NCBI GenBank assembly: GCA_012862495.1
Contig: BLSG01000216.1
Location: forward strand, 354,425 to 374,424
Origin: Thraustochytrium aureum
Taxonomy: Eukaryota
Length of the DNA: 20,000 nt
Direction of reading: 5' to 3'
Shown one piece after another: positions 1-9,000 of this stretch. Made by a program: the position numbers and the translations under genes. The number at the start of each line of letters is the position of its first letter. Within the stretch, counting starts at the first letter, position 1. Below the pieces are notes generated by a model. That model saw only the letters and a program-made list of their open reading frames with translations, made no database searches and was not told the DNA's origin.

Positions 1-2306
1 CGGCAGCTGGTTTCCTCGTGCCTCGAGGGCTACAACGCCACAATCCTGGCGTACGGGCAAACTGGGACAGGCAAAACGTACACGATGGAAGGCCCTGGGG
101 AAGAGCGGTTCCAGGACCGCGGCATCGTGCCCCGCGCGATCGAGCAGGTGTTTTCGCACATCCAGGAAAAAGCATCGGCGAGCAACCGGTTTCTCGTCCG
201 CGCCTCTTACCTGCAGATCTACAACGACGTTATCTACGACTTGCTCAAGCCCGACAACCAAAACCTTCAGATCCGCGAGGACGACAAGGCCAAGCAGAAC
301 AACCGAGGCGTCTACGTGGATGGACTTTCCGAATGGGTGGTGCGGTCCCCGCAGGAGATCTTCAAGCTCATGGCTTCCGGGGCCGCGTTGCGCGCCACAG
401 GGAAAACCAAGCTCAACGAGCTCAGTAGCCGCAGTCACGCCATCCTCAAGCTCATCATCGAGCAGTGCGAGACGAGCTTTGTCGACCCAACCGGCCGCAG
501 CATCAGCGCCGAAGCCTTTGAAGCCCTCCTACAGTCCGAGGCCCTCGGGGGGGCAACCGCGGCGGAGACGTCCAGGCTCATTCGGCAGCGCTTTCGCATC
601 GCCAAGCTCAACCTCGTCGACCTCGCTGGTTCGGAGCGCGTCCGCGTCTCCGGCGCAACCGGGCAGCGACTCGAAGAGAGCAAGAGGATCAATCGGTCTC
701 TCTCTGCTCTGGGCAACGTGATCAGCGCGCTGACGGACCGCCGGAGCCGCGCGCACATCCCGTACCGCGACTCCAAGCTGACGCGGATACTGGAGGACAG
801 CCTTGGCGGCAATTGCAAGACTGCGATGATCGCCATGGTGTCGCCCGCGCTCGATGCGTTTTCCGAGACCCTCTCCACGCTAAAGTTTGCCAACCGCGCC
901 AAGTCGATGCAAAACCGCGCCTTCGTGAATGAAGACGTCGACAAGAACTCGCTCTTGCGCAAGTACGAGCGCGAGCTCAAGCGGCTTCGCAAAGAGCTTC
1001 GGCAGCGCAGCCAATCGGTTGTCGACCAGCGCGTCGTGCTCGAGCTAGAGGACCAAAAACGTCGCGCAGAGGAGGACAAGATGGCCGCGCTGCGCGCGCT
1101 CGAGTCGCGCTCGTTCGAGTTTATGCGCGAAAAGCAGGCCAAGCGCAAACTAGAGGAGCGGATCTCCGAGCTCGAGTCGCGCATGCTCGTTGGGGGCCAC
1201 CTGAACGAGCAGCGGCTGCAGGAGATGCCCCAATTCCGCATGGCCATAAACGAGCACCGCGAAAAGATTCGCAAAGAGTACGAGCTAAAGATGGACGAGC
1301 TCGACAAGGAGCGCCAGCAGATGAGGCGCAGCGCGCGCAGGTGGACCGATACAAGCAACTGCTCTTAAAGCAGCGCGATATCATGGTCGCGCTCACACAC
1401 CGACTCAATGAGCGCGACGACCAGATTGTAGCCTTGCAGGACGAGCTCGACGAGTTGGACAAGGCGCAAAACGACACCCAAGAGCTCCTCGATAACAAGA
1501 CCTCGCAGCTCATTCACTTCCAGCGCGTAAGCATGGAGCTCGAGGAGCGCCTCGCCGAGGCCGAAAAGGCCGCGCGCAGCGCGGAGTCCAAACTCGAGGC
1601 GGCCAACGACCAGGCCCGAGCGCAAGCTTCAGCCGCGAACAACACATNNNNNNNNNNNNNNNNNNNNNNNNNNNNNNNNNNNNNNNNNNNNNNNNNNNNN
1701 NNNNNNNNNNNNNNNNNNNNNNNNNNNNNNNNNNNNNNNNNNNNNNNNNNNNNNNNNNNNNNNNNNNNNNNNNNNNNNNNNNNNNNNNNNNNNNNNNNNN
1801 NNNNNNNNNNNNNNNNNNNNNNNNNNNNNNNNNNNNNNNNNNNNNNNNNNNNNNNNNNNNNNNNNNNNNNNNNNNNNNNNNNNNNNNNNNNNNNNNNNNN
1901 NNNNNNNNCCAAGGACGCGCGGGTTCGCCAACTCGAGGAGGAAAACCGAGAGCTGCGCTCGTTGGGACTGGGCGGGTCCGTGTCGTCCTCGACCTCGTCC
2001 TCGTCCTCTCCGCAAGAGCCAGCGCGGGCGGACAACCACTCGCCGTCAAGCTTACGCTCCTTGCACGAGTCCAGCGGCGACCAAGCGCACCTGTTCGAAG
2101 AGCTCGACCGTCTGCGCCAGCGCTCGCTCAACCACGCCAAAGAGCAGGTCGCCATGCGCACTATTCTCGAAAAACTCAACCTCCTTGCGCTCAACGCGCT
2201 CTCCGAGCCAGATGCAGTTGCCCCGCCCGCAATGCAGCCGCTCAGGGCGCTCTCCTCGCTGGTGGCGGCGTCGCTCAATGCGCTTCAAGACGCTTCGCCG
2301 GCTTAG
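1..2306 (+). CDS. Kinesin motor protein (5'-partial): N-terminal motor domain plus long coiled-coil tail; one frameshift near 1321-1325; spans N-run 1648-1908
   Basis: Frame 1 from base 1 reads RQLVSSCLEGYNATILAYGQTGTGKTYTM (P-loop at 55-78), then SYLQIYND, NELSSRSH (switch I), LNLVDLAGSER (switch II), HIPYRDSKLTRILEDSLGGN and ETLSTLKFANRAK. The coiled coil continues in another frame (..ERQQM/EAQRAQVDRYKQLLLKQRDIM..) to TAG at 2304-2306. The frame is preserved across the 261-nt N-run. Confidence 0.95.
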
Positions 2307-2766
2307 AGAGCGCGACGCGGACAACTCCTAATCAACCAACACTTGTGCATGCCTTCTCGCGTCGCTTGCAAACTCCACACCCGAGTCGTCACGGCTTGGG
2401 CGCGTCAACCGTCAACAAGGAGGTTGGCGTCAAGTGCGTCGGCACTCGCGGTGCACCACAAGTCATCACTGATCACCTGCACACCCCGCAAAAACAACTC
2501 GTACCTTGCTCGTGCCAACTCGTATACAGTCAATTACGACGAGGACGACTCCAGGTTGAGGTGGGTGCACTTTTTGCACGTGCGGTGGATGCACTGACGC
2601 CGTGGCGCACCAGCCAAGCTTCCTGCGAGCAACGCTGCACGCGAACTGCGCGACATGACGATAGCCCCGAATCCAGCAAAGCAAGTCCCGAATTGGCTCA
2701 AGGTGACGCTCCTTGGTGACAGGCAGTCGAGTCGCGACAGGCAGAGGTCGGCCCCGAGACTTCTCG

Positions 2767-4057
2767 ATGAGGGGCCTTCTTGTAGCCGTGCTAGCCGCCG
2801 GGCATGCAGCGCACGCCGAAGCGCTCTGCTTTTGGTGGCAGTGGTGCGAGACGAGCGAGGTTGCGCAAGGGTTTGAACTCGCGGACTCGCACCCATCGTG
2901 GAACGCTGCGGACGACGACAAACTCACTGCCGTCGAACTTCAATACGAGCGCCAGATCCAGGTGCCACCGCTGCAAGGGTGGTGGAGCAAGCGCTGCTTC
3001 TCGTCGAGGCTCTTCAGCCAGGACATCGGTGACAAAAGGACGAAAAAAGTACCTAGGCGCCGCCGAGTATGGGCGCGTGCAAACCGTGTACGACATGGGC
3101 GACATGGTGGTCTCCGAGTGGTTCGAGCAGGGCAACGCCGCGCAGTGTGGGACCGCCGATGACGCTTGGTACAACGTGGTTTGGCAGCACTTTAAGGACG
3201 GATCGGCACCGCGCGAGCTCGTGCGGCGCAGGGGCGACGGAAACGACGACGAACGCTACGCGAGCTACCTGCCCATGCCGGAATCAAACCTTCTCTTCAA
3301 GTACGCCTGCGTTGACAACGAGGAGACCCAAGCGCCTTGCGAGGGAGAACCAGAAAGGACCTGCATCACCTCAACGCCGCGCGAAACCGACATCCCTTGC
3401 ACCGTGTCCGCTCTGGACGTGACACCGGGGCAAGAGGTCCGAGCCCTTTTCGACGTCAATATCACACTTGCGCGGCGCCTCGCGTACGGTGCGCTCGTCG
3501 CCGACTACTATCCGCACTATGCGCGGTTCGTGAGGGTCGACGGGGCCACATACATGCTGGTCAGCGACTGGACTGCCTCCGCTTTCTTAGTGAGCGCCAC
3601 TGGGGAGGCCTCGGCGACGAGCCCGGCCGCGTTTTATGCGTGCGCTGTGAGCCCTCGAACGTCGAGCAGCCGCGTTCGCTCCGACGGCCAGTACCTCCTC
3701 GTCAAGAACGACGCGGTCGTCGCAGAGCAAGGGACGGTGAGTTCGTACAGCTGCCTTGGCTTCCTTGGCGACAATTCGGTGCAGCGAGTCGCATCGCAAG
3801 AGCAGCCGGGCCTCGCCGAAAGCGCCGCGTCAGAACCAAGCAATCGCCAACCGTACCCCGCGTACATCGCTGCGCTATGCGGCGTCGCGGCCGTGCTCGG
3901 AACCGCTGTCGCAGTCCGTCGCCGCCGTTCTCAAGCAGCAGCAGCAGCAGCAGCAGCTCGTATCTCGGAAGCCTCCGCGGCCCCAGCCCAAGCAGCCGGG
4001 CCTCGCGACGTCGCCGCCATCGAGTCCGGCAACCCGCTCTTCCGCGCGGAGCCCTGA
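2767..4057 (+). CDS. Predicted type I single-pass membrane protein (signal peptide, Cys/Trp/Tyr-containing ectodomain, TM helix, cytosolic NPLF motif); +1 frameshift near 3034-3048
   Basis: ATG 2767 gives the signal-peptide-like MRGLLVAVLAAGHAAHAEA. The frame switches at an A-run to ..KKYLGAAEYGRV.. The TM segment YIAALCGVAAVLGTAVAV is followed by RRRR (positive-inside), poly-Ala and ESGNPLFRAEP-stop. Confidence 0.75.
3934..3957 (+). repeat. (GCA)n microsatellite encoding poly-Ala
   Basis: agcagcagcagcagcagcagcagc seen directly. Confidence 0.9.
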
Positions 4058-4317
4058 CCCGCACCCCTCGCGCCCCCAGTACCTCGAGCAACCTCTTGCG
4101 CCANNNNNNNNNNNNNNNNNNNNNNNNNNNNNNNNNNNNNNNNNNNNNNNNNNNNNNNNNNNNNNNNNNNNNNNNNNNNNNNNNNNNNNNNNNNNNNNNN
4201 NNNNNNNNNNNNNNNNNNNNNNNNNNNNNNNNNNNNNNNNNNNNNNNNNNNNNNCTCTCTGGGCGCCCAGCCCCGCGCCGCCGCCCAGCAGGAGCCGCGG
4301 CCTCGGCGGCGCTCACC

Positions 4318-4406
4318 ATCCTCGTCCAGATCCCCGACATCCTCGTCCAGATCACGACATCCTCGTCCAGATCCTCGTCGTCCTCGTCCAGATCCTCGTC
4401 GTCCTC
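4318..4406. repeat. Minisatellite with ~21-bp unit (ATCCTCGTCCAGATC...), about 4 copies
   Basis: tcctcgtccagatc recurs four times at ~20-21-nt spacing. Confidence 0.9.
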
Positions 4407-4428
4407 AACGCCTTGCGCTCGCGCCGCG

Positions 4429-4517
4429 GCAGGGCGTGCGTGGAGCAGGGCGTGCGTGGGGCACGGCGCGTGTGGGGCAGGGCGGCGTGGAGCAGGGCGT
4501 GCGTGGAGCAGGGCGCG
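4429..4517. repeat. G-rich minisatellite with ~16-bp unit (GCAGGGCGTGCGTGGA), about 5 copies
   Basis: Degenerate tandem copies immediately upstream of ATG 4524. Confidence 0.88.
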
Positions 4518-4523
4518 GGGAGC

Positions 4524-5613
4524 ATGACGTCGAAGAGGACGCCGCTGCAGCGGCTGGGGCGGTGGCTGGCGAAGCCCGTGGTGGACTACATCAACTGGGT
4601 CAAGCCGGCGATCATGCCGATGCCAGACCCGCCAGGCACGCGATACTTGCTCAAGGGCAAGCCGATGTGGAAGATCATCAGCGAGGCCAAGGCCGGCGCC
4701 CGGCTGTACGTCGGGACGTGGAGGGATAGGGAAGCGACTGTGGCCAAGTTTGAGGAGATGCAACGCGCGTTCGAGGAGCGCGAGGCCAAGAGGGTGTACG
4801 AGGAGGCGGTGCGGGAAGCGGATCTGGAGATGGCGAACGTGGCGGCCGCGGAGGCCAAGGCTGCGCAGGACGAGCGCAAACCCAGCTCCGACGAGACGCT
4901 GACAAAGCAAGACCTTGAGGCCTTTGTACAGGGCACTCGCGGGGCAACGCAGACGCTTATTCAGACAGTGCGCGATGAGATAAAGTCAGACACGCCTACG
5001 ACGATGCAGCCCGACGCCGACAACGAGGCCCTTCGACTGGTGCGGGAAACCGTGCGGCGAGGCAAGACCAACGCTCAGTTTCTCCTTGACACCGCCAAGG
5101 AAGGCATCACTGAAGTCTCACAGGCGCAGCCTGAGAAACCCGAATCCGGCGAGACTCAGAGCGGACCGGCCGCGGACGGCAAGCAAGACCCCGACCGGCT
5201 CCTGTCACCGAACGACGCTTACCGTATTCGATCCGTGGCCGAGAGCGGTCTGAGCCGCACGCGCAAGGCACTCGAAGTGCTGCGCGACGGCCTGATGGAG
5301 TTTTCTGTTGGATACCAGGAGGGCCGCGCGATGGAGGAAAAGCGCTTGCAGGCCGGCCAGTCCCCACTTCCAAGATCTGTGCACAAGTTTTTTAGACGAG
5401 GCCAAGGCGTTTGCGCCCTCCAGTGAGCCCCCACAGCCGGCCCCCAGTCCAGCTGACGGGAAGGAAGCCGCTGATAGGAGTGCGCCAGCCGCATCGCGGG
5501 GCTCGGCAGGGCTCGTGGAGGAGGAGACGCGGCGTCCTGCCGCTGGCCTCTCTAGCGAGACCGAGCTGCCGCGGTCGCCGGCGGACGGCGCCTCGGGCCG
5601 GGGCGGGCCTTGA
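4524..5613 (+). CDS. Hypothetical coiled-coil protein, possibly mitochondrial; probable +1 frameshift at T6 5388-5393 (otherwise ends at 5426)
   Basis: ORF MTSKRTPLQRLGRWLAKP.. has coding-like composition, with segments PMPDPP..W..ARLYVGTW and LRDGLMEFSVGYQEG. Removing one T gives ..HKFLDEAKAFAP.. running to TGA 5611-5613. The true start may lie upstream. Confidence 0.7.
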
Positions 5614-6034
5614 ATAGGGCGTGATGCCTTTTTTCTGAACGATGGTTGCCTCTAGAGCTTGGCATGCAGGCATTTGCAGTGATTTCGTGTTCGTCTACAG
5701 TTGCGTTGGCGCGCGCACTTACACACTTGCTCTGAACTGGGCTCTCGAGCTTGGCACGGATTGCGAGGGGCGGTATGAAACTTGGCACGGATCAATCCTT
5801 GAAACAGGCAGCGAAGACTCCCGCCAAACGCAAGGGCACAGCGCAGGAGCCGCCGTTGAACCATCAAAAGCCCCCGCCGAGAACCGTCCCCTTCTCTCCT
5901 CGAACTGCGATCAAAGCTAGTAGCAGAGATCAAAGCTCTCTCTACTAGCTAGAGCAAAGGATGGTTTGGGATCGCAGCCCGCACCTCCTTCCATTCTTCC
6001 ATCGAAGCCAACCTCGCGGTCAACCTCGCTGCTT

Positions 6035-9000
6035 TCAAGCGTGAATAGTGAGCGATGGCCGCGCCCCCCCAAGACTCAGGTAGAGCTCGGCCAGGCCGCG
6101 CTTGGTCGCCTCTGGGCAGCCCCAGACAAGAAGGTTGGTCAGAAAGGCTAGCCCATTGACGAGATCTCGCACCAGCGCTATCGTGACGCTCGTACACCAG
6201 CTCAAATCAAGGTGCTGCAAATGCGCGAGCTGCGTCAGCGTCGCGAGCCCCCGTTCGCCAAGCGCAGAGCAGCCGGCCAGAACGAGCCGTTCCAGGCGCT
6301 TGCAACCGCTGACAATTGTCGACAGGACCTCGGCGTCCACGGCTGCAACGAGAAGGGTTAGGTCGAGCTCGACCAGGCACTCGAGACGCGCCAGCGACTT
6401 GAGGTTACGCTGGGCCTGCAAGCGGTGCGGGTCTTGCGTAAAGTCTTCGAGCGTAAACTCGGCACCTGCAGCCTGCATTTTCAGCTTGATCTTCGCGTCG
6501 GCTTCACGTCGGACGATTTCAAGGCTGCTCGACTCGCTGAACGTCTCGAACTCTGGATGAGCCGATGCTGACGCCTCCACCGCCCCCGTCGGACCGGCCC
6601 TGCCCTCCGCGATTGTCCGTTCGAAATTGCGAGCCTCTTCCTCAACCGCTTCCTTGTCGTTGCGCGAGACGTCCGCAGCGATGATGGTCTGCATCTTCCA
6701 GTACTCGGCCTCTCGGCGAGCCTTGCGAGTCCACTTGGTTTCGATGGTGCAGTTGCCGAGGCGCAGCGAGCGCAGCCGATGGGCGTTGCTCGCGACCTTC
6801 GGAAGGAACCACCCGAGCGAAAACACGTTGCCCACGTCGCGCAGGTCGAGCTCCTCGAGGTTGTACAGCCGCTCGGAAATAGCGTGAGCCGTGTGCTCGT
6901 TGAGTTGGTGCGCGGACCAGCCTGCGACACGCAGGACGCGGAGGTGCGCTGCCCTTTCAAAAACCATTCCTAACCGTTCATCCTTGGCGCTCCCAGCGGC
7001 GCCGGCCAGCTTGAGCTTGATATCCCGTTTCTGGCCAAACAGGTTTCGGCAGAACGAGAGATCGAGCACCCTCAAGGTGTGCAGTGCGTCCCACGTGGCA
7101 AACTGCGACAGGTCGACCGGGAAGGCCATTTCGTGACAGTAGCTCAAGCAGACTTCGCGCAGGCCCGAGCGCCACAACACGCTGCCGGCGTCCGTGAGCT
7201 TGTAGGCGCAGGTCAGGTCGATGACCTCAAGGGACGGGGTCGACGAGAGCAGGCTGGAGACGGTGGCATCGTCAAGCGCCTGCCCGCACCTGACGAGCCG
7301 CAACTCTGTTAGGGTTGGGATGTTGCGACCAAGCGTAAGCACGTGTTCGCTGCTGAGCGAGCTGCACCTGTCGATGCAGAGCGTGGTGAGCCACTTTGCA
7401 GAGCTTGCGACGTCCATCAAAAACTGCTTGCCGACTCCGCCGCGCATCCCACCCTGCACGTAAAAGGCTGGGAGCATCGAGGCGTTAAAGTCGCGGAGGA
7501 GCTCCTCCGAACACCTCGGCGAGAAGGCGATCGCCCGCGCAAGGCGGCGCGCCACGGCCGTGCCCTCCAGCTCGATACCTTGCGACTCGCGGTCCATGGT
7601 CTCGACGCGGCGGCGGACTGCGTCGAGGATTGTCAGCCGAGCCTCCTTTCGCTGCTCTGTCAGGGCCTTCACGCACGACTCGACAAGCGTAAGCGGCGAC
7701 TGCAGTGGGCTCGGCCCGAGAAGAAGGCCCGCGCCTGGAGCGAGCGAGCGCGGAGAGCCGAGCTCTGCGTGCTCGTCGGCGACACACAGCCGTTGGGACT
7801 CCTCAAGCTGCCGCTCCAGGCTCTCACACAACAAGCCCATCCGCTCTTGCTTGTGGCGCTCCCGCTCCTTGGCTGTCGCCTTCGAGGCCGCCTTGCCGCC
7901 TTCAAGCTCGTGCTTGAAGAGATTTTTCAAATCCTTGACGGTGAGCGTCTTTGCCTCTTGGAACTGCTCGGAGAACGCGCCCGCACTCAGCGCTTGCTTG
8001 GTCTCTTGCATCTTGAGCATGTCGTTTTCGATAGAGTCTTCCATGATGTACCGGACCACCTGTACGGTGGACAGCTGGCCGATACGGTGCACTCGGTCCA
8101 CGGCTTGGTGCTCCAGGCTGCAGTTCCACCACGGATCTAGGATAAAGGCGTGCGTGGCTGTCACGAGGTTGAGGCCGAGCCCGCCGGCGCGCAGGCTGAT
8201 GAGGAAGACATGCACTTCTGGCTCGTTTCTGAACCTCTCGATCGCGGTCTGGCGCTCCTCTTGGTTCATCGTGCCGTCTAGGCGAACACTTTTGAACCCG
8301 AGGGGGCCTAGCGCAAGGGCTACGATGTCGAGAAACTTGGTAAATTGCGAAAAGATGAGGACCTTGTCGTGTCGCTGCCCCGCCGTAGCTCCGCCAGGTC
8401 CTCGAAGAGGGCCAGCATCTTGCTGCTCGCCCACATCGGCGCCAGGGCAACTCCTGGCCCGTCGAGTCGGCGCGTTCCGCACCTTTGCTCGTCAGCAGGG
8501 CGTTGAAGGCCTCCAGACGCGGCCAGGGCTTGCCTCGGAGAAGCTGGGCGAGGTCACCGCCGCCAATGCTAGAGCCGCCGGAGAAGTCGTCGCCTTCAGC
8601 GCTGGGTTCAGGCTTGACGAGGCTGGGTTGCGGCGTGACGCCTCCCTCGGCCTTCACCCTGGCCCGTCGCTTTGTCGTGGACGCAACAGCGCCATCGCTG
8701 TCCTCTTCCTCGCCCCCAGACCCCGCCTCCGACTCGCCGCCCGAGTCGGCATCGTCCCGCATCGTGCGGAGATAAATCTCCTCCTCCTCGTAACTGCGCG
8801 CGATGAGGAGCGGGTGGTCGCAGAATTGCCGGAGGCGCAGAATCCATGTCAGCATGTTCATGAGAATCGAGGACATCGTCGCGCCCGTGCGTGTGGACGA
8901 ATTCAGCAGCTCCATCTTGGACGCCGTGTACAGCTTGGAGTAGTCTTGCTTTTCCTGAGGCAACATCGGAATTCGGCGAATACGCACCTCTTTGGGGGGC

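Noticed and set aside
435..1358. 307-aa minus-strand ORF
   Set aside because: Antisense shadow of the kinesin; Ser/Arg-rich with no motifs, typical of GC-rich coding DNA.
5412..5426. C-terminal CaaX-like motif (CALQ-stop) in the uncorrected frame
   Set aside because: It arises just after a T6 run where a frame correction yields a more natural continuation; probably incidental, though not excluded.
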